NCBI GenBank assembly: GCA_021613535.1
Contig: CP075497.1
Span: forward strand, 13,330,001-13,394,000
From: Adineta vaga
Lineage: Eukaryota > Animalia > Rotifera
Reading direction: 5' to 3'
DNA length: 64,000 nucleotides
This document shows, one piece after another, positions 49,330 through 61,886 of this stretch (the first letter of the stretch is position 1; each line of letters opens with the position of its first letter). Under the pieces are notes generated by a model, which saw only the letters and a program-made list of their open reading frames with translations, was not told where the DNA came from and did no database searches. A program made the position numbers and the translations under genes.

Positions 49330-50580
49330 GTGACTCCAGCTACCACTATCCTCACAACATACAGCACTACTACTACTACTATAATTATCACAAGTGATAC
49401 TAGTATTATCACAACAACTGATACTAGCACTAGTACCACCACCACAACAACAACCGAAAGTACTACTAGTACTTCAACCACCGACACTACAACTAGCACC
49501 AGCACTGAAATTACCACTACCACCACAACTACTGATACTACTACTAGTACGACTACCTCAACAACGGACACCACTACCAGTACAACAACCACAGACACTA
49601 CCACAACTACCGGTACTACCACTGATGCCACGACTACTAGCACTAGTACCACTACTACTACGTCTGATACTTCCACTAGTAGTACAACAACCGATACCAC
49701 AGTACTTCAACCACTGACGCTACCACTAGTACTAGAACGACTACTACAACAACTACTACCACCACTAGTACTACGACTACTAAAACTAGTACTACGACTA
49801 CCACCACTGGTACTATACTACCACTAGTACCACAACCTCTGATACTAGTACTACCACCACAACAACCGATAACACTACAAGTACTACAACTACTGATACT
49901 ACGACCGCGACTACGACTACCACCACTACGACTAACACTACTACAACGACCACCACTACTACCACCACTGATACTACTACTACTGCTAGTACAACAACTA
50001 GCACTACTACTGCAACTACTACCACCAGTACTACAACTGCGGCCACTACTACCACTACGACAACAACCGCGACTACCACCACTACGACTACCACTAGTAC
50101 GACAACCACAACAACGAATACCACCAGCAGTACTACAACCACCGATACTTCCACTAGTACCACAAGCACCACAACCACTGATACTAGTACTATCACCACA
50201 ACAACACATACTACTAGCAGTACCAGTAGCACAACATCTGATACTACTACCACTACAAGTACATCCACTGATCCCACTACTAGTACTAGCACCACCACAA
50301 CAACTTATACTAGCAGTACTAGCACAACCACTGATTCCACCACAACTAGTACAACAACTGATACTACTATGACTATGACTACCTCCACTGATTCTACTAC
50401 TGGTATGACGATCAGTGATACTACTACTGTTACCACAATTACGGATACGACCACTAGTACTACAACGACCGATACTACCACTACGCCAGTAACACCCAGT
50501 AGTGGTATTACTACGGGTACAACTGGTATTCATGCTAGTACTCTTACAGCAACAGGTAATACTGCTACTATTACATATGA
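49330..50580 (+). repeat. Low-complexity (ACN)n Thr/Ser mucin-like coding repeat
   Basis: ACT/ACC/ACA/AGT triplets with frameshifts near 49700 and 49815; explains the poly-Val antisense ORFs. Confidence 0.9.
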
Positions 50581-53500
50581 ATGAGTTCTGGGTATAAAAG
50601 TCGAATAAGATATTTGGTACTGCAGTGTGATAGAAGAGTAGATTAATAATATGAATCGTTTACAATACTTTCATAAACGATTTCTGTATATATCTCTATT
50701 TACTAAACCGTTTTTAGGATTCTGTAACAAGATACTATGATAAAATGTTTTGTAGATGTTTTATTCGTTTTTTGTAACATATGATCGCAAGCGAGTGTTG
50801 AAATGTTTAGAGGTAAAGAGTTGTACGTAGCCGACCGCCTAATTTAAATCCCACAGGAATCGTGGTAAAAAATTAAACTAAATAGCAGTTGACATTTGGT
50901 ATTTATTTCCACTAGTAGGAATTATAGGTATCCCGACTTATGCTTCTTTGATAGTTCCGAAAAATTTGCCAGAATGTTTACTGCAAAGATGCAGTGAATT
51001 TTTGAGTATCTCTCGCACAACTGTATTACCGAATAGTAAGCTTGTCCAATGTAATCAAAGAATGCTCGTGTTAGTTGTCGTCTATCGAATTACCTGTATT
51101 TACAGATATCTCCGATCTATTCGATTATGAAGCCATCGCTATATCCAATGTAGAATGAATAATTATAAAATACACTAACAGAAAACAACAGAGGATGAAA
51201 GAGAAAGTGTTTAAATTCGCTGCACGAAACGAAAATTTACCCATACTGAGGACTATGATCGCCTATTCCCAACTTTTTTGTCATGCCGATCCCGATCTGA
51301 ATTCAATTATTCCTTGGTAAAGTATAGTAATGTGCAGGTTCTTCTGCATAATTACACAGATGTTAAGAGCATTTTTCCGTATATGAATAGGTCAATCTAA
51401 TATTATATTTACTACTCAAATAACCTATGCAACTGGTGTTTCGCCGTATTCTGTAACAACTAGTGATCTCAATTCTGATAATAGACCTGATATAATTGTG
51501 GCGAACTACGGTTCAAACAACGTCGGTATTTTCCTCAATATTGGCAACGGTACATTCCATAATCAAACAACTTATCCAACTGGATCTGCACCGCACGCTG
51601 TTGCTGTAGGCGATTTTAATGCTGACAATAAACCTGATATTATTGTTGCAAACTCCGGTTCCGACGACATTAATGTTCTCTTCAACATGGGCAATGGGGT
51701 ATTCAATGTTCAAACAACCTATTCAACTGGTACTGGCTCTGCACCGTACTCTTTGACCGTAACTGATGTCAATGGTGATCAAAGATCTGATATTATCGTA
51801 GCAAATAAGGGTTCGAATAATATCGGTGTGTTTTTATGGCTGGAAGACTCAGGTAATCTTTTTACACAGCTCTGTAAACTTTGTATGGATAATATGTTAT
51901 TCATGTTCAGTCAATATTCAGAAGGATATCTGTAACTTATTTCATACATTACGACTTCGTAGAAAATTTTGTTCATTCGTTTGTTTTTTATTTTGACAAT
52001 TGATTTGAACCTAGAGACAAGATCTAGGTTTGTCTCATAGCTCTCCTGCAGTAAGGCTAACATTTATGCATTGTTCAACTGAGAGGGAGAATTTTTGCAA
52101 CTAATGTAGATAAGATATTCTATTTGAGTTTTCACTCTCACCCGTACTTATTTGTGTTTGATATCTTGTATTTCTCTACACTACAACACAAAGAAGCCAA
52201 TATACTTTAAAAGTCACATCAGAGATTTGTCAAATCTATTACCAACATACGTAGAACTTGTGTATATTTTTTCATTTTTTTTAGTGACCACAATTACCAA
52301 TACTATCACAACAAACAATACTACTACTATTATTAATGTTACTATGACAATAGACAGTACTAGTACTAGTAATAATCCTACAAGAACGGATGTTATAACT
52401 ACCATCGCAACTGGAACTAACACTATCACAATCAGTGATACTACCACTGTGTCCACAATCACTGGTACCTCGACTACTACCACAACAACTAGTACTACCA
52501 CGACTAGCACTACAACTAATACCGCCACTACTACCACAACGACTAGTTCTACCACGACTAGCACTACAACTAATACCGCCACTACTATCACAACAACTAG
52601 TTCTACCACGACTAGCACTACAACTAATACCGCCACTACTATCACAACAACTAGTTCTACCACGACTAGCACTACAACTGATACCGCCACTACTACCACA
52701 ACATCTGGTACTACCAGTACCATATCATCAATAAGCTCTGGACGTAAGAATCTGATTGCATAATTATAGAGAAAGATAAGCATATATTTATGCTTACTAA
52801 ATTCAAAAGAACTTCTAGTCGGTTACAGTTTGAGGGACAAGATGCAAATTGTAAGAAGTTTACAGAAGTAGTCTTCCTATTGATATTATCGTATACAGGG
52901 AAAGAATAGTAGAAAATCTCTTTTAACTCCTAACAATGACAGATTTACAGTATATGAGTCTTTCAATGGTTCCAAAGTAATATATAATTTTCTTTTGTCT
53001 TGTAAATATGTTAATTATAATATTTATGAACATATTGAAAAATTAATATATATCATTGCGCAGAATGTTTGGCACCTGTCATTACACTTACTCCGAGGGT
53101 ATCATCATTGTCGGCTCCTGTACGATTTCAGCGAAGTCAAGCATTTTCCATTGTTTCCAGTATTGAACTGAACTGTAACACTTCACTGTCAACAAAGATG
53201 AAATGGATAATTAGTAATTGTAATACTTCATCATGTTTGTCGGAAGTTCGAATAGATCGAGGAGTGATCACTACACTCAGTGAACTATTCATTCCAGCAC
53301 AAAGTCTTGCCTATGGAACTTATGAGCTGAAATTGACTGTAACAATGACCGCTGTACCTAATTTGATCTCTTCAGCATCCACCTATGTGAAGATGGTTCC
53401 ATCCAATATTCAAGCTAATCTTGTTCAGTTTGGTACTTCGATGATTACACAAGGGCATCAACAAAACCTTACACTTAATCCAGACAAGTTCTCAGTTGAT

Positions 53501-56500
53501 CCTGACACGTCCACATTTAATGCAAGCGTAAGCTGAAAAGTTGTACATCTTATACATCATCTAAATTATTCATTTTATTCATAGAATTGGCAATACACCT
53601 ACTATTGTCGAATTTATGGTCTTTATAATTTTCCATCCATTAACGGAACACAATTACCTATCGACGATCCCAGAATTGATCTTCTTAATTCATCATGTTT
53701 CTCCAATAGATCAGGTATAATTTATACTTCTCTTATCTACTATTATTTCATTTTTAGGTAATGAAACTGCATGGGAATATGGCTCGACAAAATCGTCGGT
53801 TACCATTCTGGCTGAATCATTGGTATCCAATAAAACCTATCAATTCATGGTCATTATGATCAATCGAGAAAATTCTAGTATTCAAGCTACTGGTTATTTA
53901 CTCGTACAAGTTCAAGATCAGACTGTTCATACGGTTACTGTGGGGTAAGTTTGACATGAAAATCGTTTTCAACCTGAATTTGATCACTACTTATGTAGTT
54001 GTGTCATTTCAACAATGTGTATGTCGAATATGGAATATCAATCTGTCAACCCAACGACACAAGTAGCTCTCTTCAGTATCTGCAATGACAATTGTTCGTC
54101 ATTGTCGAACATTACATGGAATATCTATGAAGGTTTACTAAATTCATCTTCGAATATTGTTAAATGGACTCGATTCAATTCAACAATTGCCAAGAAAAAT
54201 ATCTGGTTTTTTGGTGAGTTTATACATATTTAATTATGAAATATCCTCTTTATCATTTCAGGTATGAATACAAGCAATTTAACAAGTACTACTGATTTGT
54301 TTATTCATAATCCACAAATTAAATATTGGAGTTTTGAAGTTATCTATTCATTTGTTTCGGAAATAAGTTCAAGTGCAATCAACTTTGTCATCAGTCAACC
54401 GCTTCAAAATGGATCTTGTTCAATAAATCCTCTCAATGGTACAACAAGTACTTTGTTTACCATTTCCTGTTTGAATTGGTTCGGTCAAACTGATATCCAA
54501 GATTATTCATTCTATGGTAAGTAATTATCGCATGTTGATTCAAGGGACATATTTTTAATAACTTCGAAGATATTTTATTTTCATCTACATAGAAAACATG
54601 AGAACATTTTTTAAATTTTTTTCTGAAACATTTATGACTTTGAAAATATAAAAATAAGGTGTCATTTTGTAATCATAGCCTGGACAGACGATTATTTCAA
54701 ACAGATAATAGTTGGCTTTACAACACTATCAACTTTTCAACTTCGATTACCAGCTGGAGATGATAATAGTTCGTTCTTGAACATAAACGTTCGTATTCGT
54801 GATATGCTCAACTGTATCACAGAATACAATATATCAACTATTGTGGTTCTGCCAGATTCGAATAAAATTGCTACGTTAATTGATGTAGTACAAGAACCAG
54901 GCGACGAAGCAAATAGCGATTCTCTTGTTCAACTACTTGCAAGTAGTAATCAAAATATTGTTGGGCAAATTCTTACCTCACTTTCACTAACTTTCAATAA
55001 AATGAGTAGTAAAAATGTGGAGCTTGCTGTGACTAGTAAGTACTTTTTTAATAGTTTAGCTTGTTACTAAAATGACTTTCTTAGATGGTATCCCTGCTGC
55101 AACTATATCGGTATCCCCATTAGATGGTGAAAGTCAACAGATGGTAAGTTTATCATAGATTTTGAGAATAATTTCATCAATATTTGGTATAGTCCTCTGC
55201 ACCATTGAATATTTCGGCTCTCGTTAAATATAATCAAAAATTGAATAGCTATGCAAATGTACGCGACTATCTCATAACATACATAACCAATCTAGCAATT
55301 ACTACTTCGAATAGTATCAAATTACAAGCATCTAGTTTGGCTCAACTAACTGAAACGACAATCGAAATCACACGAGCAGCAGCTGTAAAAGAAATAAAAC
55401 TCTTTTGATCTTTTTAAAAGATAATTATATTTTATTGTTCTTCTCTTAGATGATTGCATCAACCAAATGTTATCAATTAGCTTTAGCTTTACAGGCGATG
55501 GCATTGAAAATATCCTATGAAGATGTTCAAGCTGCATCTACTTCAATTGCTCAGTGTGTCACAAATGTTCTTACGGTACGAATTTTTGTTTTTACTATTT
55601 TAAGATGAACAATAATGATTAAATGATGAATATCTCAATTTAGACTGTTAATATTCCTTTACAAGAACGAGGAAATGTTCTCGATTTGGATCTGAATCGT
55701 GCAAATGCTTTTCCAGCCGACTACGATACTGATATTGAATATATATGGTCAAATTTAAGTAAGATTCTGTTCATATGAATCATTATATCATTTGAAAGAT
55801 CATTTTCTAGAAATGTTTGCAAATGGAGATGATTTTTCATGGGAAACAATTCAGACAGGTCGAAATACGTATTATCAGATGCAAACAGTAAGTTGTCATT
55901 GACTTATGAAACAATTGTTGATTATCTATTAAATTAGGCAAATACAATTGCTTATCAAGTCATTGAAACTCTATCCTTGATTACTAGTGCAGTTAATATT
56001 CATTTGAATATTGATCAACACATGACAGTGAATACATCATCAGTATTTCTTTCCTTGGAAACACTATCCATTTCATCACTACGGAATAAAATCATTCAAC
56101 CATTTCCTAATAGTCAAATTCAAATACCATCAATATTCAATTTGACTGTGAACAATAATGTAACCGTATTTCTTCGAGTAAGTTTATCATACTTAATTAA
56201 TCATTTTTCAATTCTTTTTTAAATTCTTATAGACAATAATGCAACCACTTGCCTCCACTGGTGCTTCTCATTCTCACGAAAATATTAATATGTCAACTTC
56301 TATCTCACTTTCAATTATTGATCAAAATGGAAATGATATTGAAATTAATACAAATATTAATGATCCGATTCAATTTATTATTCCTCGAGATATCAATTTA
56401 ATTGTTTCACCAATGTTTCTACAAAATGTAACATCAATAGATGATAATCATAATCAAATATTTAATTTACATTATATTAATATAACACAATTAAATAAGA

Positions 56501-58046
56501 ATCTTAGTGTATCACTTCATTTTGAAATGGATTCTTTAAATAAAAGTCTTGCCTATTTATTAATCTATCGATTCGATGATTCACCTCAATTAAATAGTTC
56601 AATCAATCAAATCGATGGATGGTCATTATTCTGTCCTTTGAGTATGTTCTTTTTAAATATATAGATTTTAAACTTTAATTTTATTTAGATTTAACAAAGA
56701 ATGATACATACACATATTTTATTGATAATCAACGCACATCAAATCATCAATCAGTCATTTTTGGTATACGAGAATTAAATACAACAGAAAGTTATGATTT
56801 CTGTTCAAATAATTCATTGATGAACATTAGTATACCTATTTCGAATAAACCGTACAAATTCTCATCAAATTATAAATTACGTACTTATACATCAGGTTGT
56901 TATTATCTTGATTCAAATAATAATTGGCAATCTGATGGATTATTGGTAAGTTTTCAATTGATTAATAATAATAATAATAATATATAGTTTTCATTTAGGT
57001 TGGACCTTTAACAAATCATTATCAAACATATTGTCTTTCGACACATTTAACAACATTTACGAGTGGTTTTATAATTTTACCAGAACCAATCAATTGGAAT
57101 TATATTTTTGCTAATACTTCTTTTTCTCAAAATAAGATTATTTATTTGACAAGAATTTGTATTTGTATTATTTATCTTCTATTGATAATTTATGATCGTT
57201 ATAAAAATAAGAAAGATATTGAAAAAGTATGAAAATGTTATAATATTTATTCTTATTTATGAATCATTCTTCTAGCTTGAAATCTCTGATAATTACAAAG
57301 TTAATCAATATTTCTATGAAATGATCGTGTTAATTAACAACTATTCAAATTGTAATTATAATCATTCTCTTCAAGTCAGTTATTTCTTCTTGAATATTTA
57401 TTGTCTAAGTAACAATTATACAAAAGTAAAAAAAATGATTTTCTTTTTATAATATGATGATCTATAAAATAAATTTAAATATTAATAGATTTTAACAATT
57501 GATAAATATTGGAAATGGTTAGAAGACAGTTTTATATCAAATATTCGAGCACAACAATGGTATAATGATAATCCGCATCGAAACTTAAGTGTTTTTATCA
57601 ATGAGAGATCGAATCGATTAATTGGATGGACAATAATGCGACAATTACGTATCAAATCAGATTCATGTCAAGTAACAGAGAGTTATAGTTCATCGATTCG
57701 TCAAGCTTTTATATATCAATCAAGTAATAAACTTAACACGTTCATATATGTAGGAGATTATGTTACGTATGGTGATGATCGTTATATATATGAATTTCAT
57801 GGTAGTCTTTCTAATCTTAAGTCAAATCTATTAGAATTACATCAATTAGAATGGATTGATAAACAAACAAGAGCTGTAATTATTCAAATAAATCTTAACA
57901 ATCGAAATGTAGAAATATTTATGTCCGTAACATATCTTGTCGAATTCTTATCATCTATTAATGTTTTTCCTTCAGCTCGATTCGAATCAATTTATCTTTA
58001 AGGTCAGTTACATTTCATAGTTTTAAAATCTTTGATTAGTCATTTC

Positions 58047-58131
58047 ATTCCGCAATGTTGAATAATTTCGAGATATCATTGATGGAAGAAAGTGTAGAAA
58101 TTGATTTACGAAATATTCAACATTACGGAAT
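58047..58131. repeat. Short inverted repeat (tiny MITE-like) in an intron
   Basis: ATTCCGCAATGTTGAATAATTTCG ... CGAAATATTCAACATTACGGAAT. Confidence 0.6.
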
Positions 58132-59040
58132 AGAAAATATTCTCAAATCTTTCTATTTAACGTTTAATAGTGTTTTCATGAAGATTTGAATTTTTTCTGT
58201 CAATTATCATCATTTATTGAATGGATAATTCTTGGATGTTTATGGAGAGGTGTTGGTATATATATATATATGATGATGATATTATCAATTCATACGAATT
58301 ATAAATTTCTTAGAAAAGAAACAAATGATTATAATTATATTAATCTTTACTTTTTCGTTTATATCAATGATTTATTTATTATTATTCTTGATTTCTGTTT
58401 CTTTTTCTTTTCATTGAAACAATTTGACATGTAGACAAAGATCTTCTCTTATTCATTCATATCAATGTTTTTCTTTTACACAATCTGTTCTATTTTATAG
58501 TCGACATATTTCTTAGCCCATTTTATATTATTTTATTCATCTTCTTTATTGTCCTTATTTTTATCAATATGTTCATATCGATAATTCGTAATAGTTTGTG
58601 TACTGTTCGACAAAATCTTTCATAGAATGTTAAGAAAAATCACAAAATATTTTCGTTTATCGTGTCGAAAGTTTAAACGTTGGAGAGGTGAAAAGAAATT
58701 AATATTTACTTTTTAAAATATTTTATACGAATTTATCTTTAGATATCTGGCAATTGGATCAATGAGAAGAACGAGATATTCTCTTTCGTTCTCAATATCA
58801 TAATTCAATAGAACGTTTTTCGCAAAAAAATCTATCAACTCTTAGAAACATTCAATCGAGTACGTTTTATTGTTTTGTTGATGTTCAGATCTATATGGAT
58901 TAACAATTTGAAAAGCCATAGTAATAGATAACAATAATTTCGACTATTAATTTAAAAGTGATACTTGTGCTTTTGTTTTGTCATTATTAATCTATGTTTT
59001 ATTTAATTAAATAAAATTATTGAGAAATTAAAAGATTCTA

Positions 59041-59106
59041 ATCTTGTAAAAGTGTAAATGTGGATTGAGAATTAGAGATAATCAACTACATGCACACCCT
59101 CAAGAT
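59041..59106. repeat. Telomere-like inverted hairpin element (copy 16)
   Basis: ATCTTG..AGTGTAAATGTGGATTG...CAACTACATGCACACCCTCAAGAT, about 140 bp after the polycystin-like gene end. Confidence 0.75.
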
Positions 59107-60209
59107 AATGTTAATGCAATTGTATTAATTAAACATAATTGAGCAAGACAAGTTGGATTATGATTGGTATGAAATTTCATATATTATTGAAAATAGAATA
59201 TAAGTACAAACATAAACACAAATCTCTATAAGAAACATTGTACATTGAGATAAAAGAATTAAACTATTAAGAATAAATAAAAGATGATTAAACAATGAAT
59301 CAATATTTAATGAAAATAAAAGAGAATTTTTATTTTTTATTTTATTTTTTTGAAAAGAATTAATTTGAGATTTATTTAATTAAATAATATACAAATTAAA
59401 TCTATCAAAATAATCAATAATTTCATAAATCATTAATTTATGTTAACGATTTTTATTTTATTTCTTAGAAATATTATATTAATTCAGATTTTTCTATCGA
59501 ATCAAGATATTTAAAGACTATATTTTAAAAGTCAATTAATATGAATAATCTCAAATTTTCTGTATAATTATTAAAAGATACATAGTTTTATCTTCATTTT
59601 TATCATTGTGATTGTCGACAGACTATTTATAGTATATACTCTAAAAGTGAGTACACTACTTTATTGATCAGATCAAGGCTTAACCATCTCTTCACACTTA
59701 AAATGGAGTAAATGTGAGGTAACAGTATACTGTTCTTGACTACGGTGTGTTGATGAGCTACACAATTTTATCGTGAGTATAATAAACATCATATGGATGA
59801 GAATATTTTTATCTATTTTGAGAATAGTATTGAAATTCTAGTTTCTTTTCTTCGATATATATCTATTCAAAAAGATATAAAATATTCACTTGAAGAAAAT
59901 CTTATCTGTCTGCATTAACTGGAATTCTATTTGACATTGAGAAAAAGAATAAGAAATCTTTACATTTCATCTTACTATTTAATCGTATCTCTGTAATACA
60001 ATTGAAATATGTTGATTACGGTCAATAAATTTATTGATTTTAATCAAAGATAATTTCAATTTTGTGCAAAAAGAAATAGTCTAAATCGTTAAAATGGGCT
60101 ACAGATGGTAGCCCGCCCTGGATCAGTACATCTCTAAGGAAGGTTGAATACAGGAATTTTTTGGAAACACTTTTTTTTCCTGAATATTTTTTTTTTTGAT
60201 AACGTATCT

Positions 60210-60254
60210 GATAAGTAGGATTTGAGTAAAGAAGAGAGTCACCCACACCTTATC
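60210..60254. repeat. Telomere-like inverted hairpin element (copy 17)
   Basis: GATAAGTAGGATTTGAGT...TCACCCACACCTTATC; a second C arm CATCTACACTCTCAAGAT lies at about 60321-60338. Confidence 0.55.
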
Positions 60255-60567
60255 AATCTATAACAATATAAATAAGAAATAAGACGCAATAAAATGTAAA
60301 GAAAATCTAACATCCATCCTCATCTACACTCTCAAGATGGTTTGTATCGTGTTAAAGTTTTTATTAAAAAGAACGTAAAAAACTAAAATATAATACATTT
60401 TCTTAAACATTCTTATCTATAATATAAAATTTAAATTATTTTTATTTCTATAATTGATACTTAAGTTAGATATTCGAGTATTTCAATGATATTTTTCTCT
60501 TTTAATAATGTTGTTTTTCATTATATTCGTCTATATAAATATTTCTAATTTTATCTTTATTTTTGTC

Positions 60568-61080
60568 ATGGATTCATTTCAAATAGCAGCGTTGATTTCA
60601 TCAATATTTGTAATAATATGTATAATGATTAGTCTATTTATTTTAATCTTAATTTATCGAATAAAATCTCATTTACATAGAGTTAATCATTTACATCAAT
60701 TATTTTTTCAATGATTTATATTATTAATTATATTTATGTACTTTTTATTTCTTGGGATAGAAATAATCTTACTTGTTGATTTCGTTCTTATTTTATCTAT
60801 ACTTCAATTGGATTAGTTTTACATTCCTATACAATTCAATCAATATCTCGATTGTTTTTTCTATTTTATCAATAAAATATCGATGGTTAAGAACATTTCG
60901 AATACATTATATTTTAATGTTAATTCAATGATAAATAGTATTAATAATAATATCACCTGTTATTATATTAGATACAGTTAATTTCTATCCAAAAACTATT
61001 TGTTATGATTAAAACAAGAATACAATAATATTAGTTTTTATCTTTTAATTGTTAATTTAATTCTACCAATTATAACAAGT
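60568..61080 (+). pseudogene. Class A GPCR pseudogene, 3'-truncated
   Basis: MDSFQIAALISSIFVIICIMISLFILILIY; SYTIQSISRLF (TM3); stops and frameshifts. Confidence 0.65.
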
Positions 61081-61081
61081 A

Positions 61082-61694
61082 TGGTCTCCTGAAACTTCTG
61101 GAACGTTGTATACTGATAAGTAATGTTATGTTTTCTTGAAATTACTTCTTACGCACGTCTCTATAAGTTTTTGTACACTTTCTTATCAACATCCTTCAAA
61201 AAGTAGTCTATATATGAGAGAAAACAGATTAAAGTACTTTGGAAAAAGTCAAAAAGAAGATTTGTCTGACGGTACGATATTTCGCGAGACGGTATACGGG
61301 ACGGGACGGTACTCATTTTTTGCAATACCGCCGGTCTCTGTTTGGTAGTTTGAAGAAAAAAGGGAGAGGAAGGCCATCATTAACATCAACACCTTTTCGT
61401 CTTACTGGCAGACACTTCCCATCACGTATAGAACCAAATGACAACAATCATATTAGAAGACGAAAATGTATTGTTTATAGTAGAACAAATCTTGCACCAA
61501 AAAAGCGCACTGATACTTTATATGAATGTGTTGATTGCAATGTTGATCTATGTATTGATGATTGTTTTAAGAAATATCACACTATAGAATGTTTTTAAAT
61601 AAACATAAGCTCTTTTCGTATGTTTTAGAAAATAACAAATAAAAATAAAAAAGTTCAATTTCTTTCAAAATTAAACCGGTCCTCAAAGGGTTAA
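61082..61694 (+). mobile_element. piggyBac 3' remnant
   Basis: Cys-rich C-terminal domain RRKCIV...YECVDCNVDLCIDDCFKKYH; terminus ...GGTCCTCAAAGGG|TTAA. Confidence 0.85.
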
Positions 61695-61699
61695 TAGGA

Positions 61700-61809
61700 A
61701 TTACTTATTTGTTTTCATCAAAATTGTTTTCTAGACCATACTGATATTTTGAAGGCAAAAAAAATCAAAAAATAAAACCTTTCCAAAAAGTGGATGGATT
61801 CACCCTGTA
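61700..61809. mobile_element. Tc1/mariner-type terminal remnant
   Basis: Ends GGATTCACCCTG|TA (reverse complement TA|CAGGGTG); no partner end found. Confidence 0.4.
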
Positions 61810-61886
61810 ATAAGCGAAAATGAAAATCTTATCAATTAAAAATACAATAACTTGAATGTCAATACCATATAGGAAATTTAAACTTT

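Larger units (their letters stand above)
47472..58903 (+). pseudogene. Multi-exon polycystin-1-like gene: FG-GAP repeats, Thr-rich mucin stalks, REJ, GPS, PKD channel; disabled
   Basis: Signal exon MFIASLRFWLSILLL; FG-GAP exons (DLNGDNKPDIIVAN) about 47868-48451 and 51391-51852; Thr-rich exons 49330-50580 and 52284-52741; REJ exons 53066-56640; GPS (GCYY...WQSDG...CLSTHLTTF); LHQLEWIDKQTRAVII; frameshifts and deletions. Confidence 0.85.

Noticed and set aside
49320-52783. Poly-Val and Cys/Ser/Gly-rich ORFs (49320..49700, 49676..50533, 49813..50298, 52214..52783)
   Set aside because: Antisense or alternative-frame shadows of the Thr-rich exons
60096-60120. GGGCTAC...GTAGCCCGCCCTG hAT-like terminus
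   Set aside because: Single short end with no partner or TSD; insufficient to call an element
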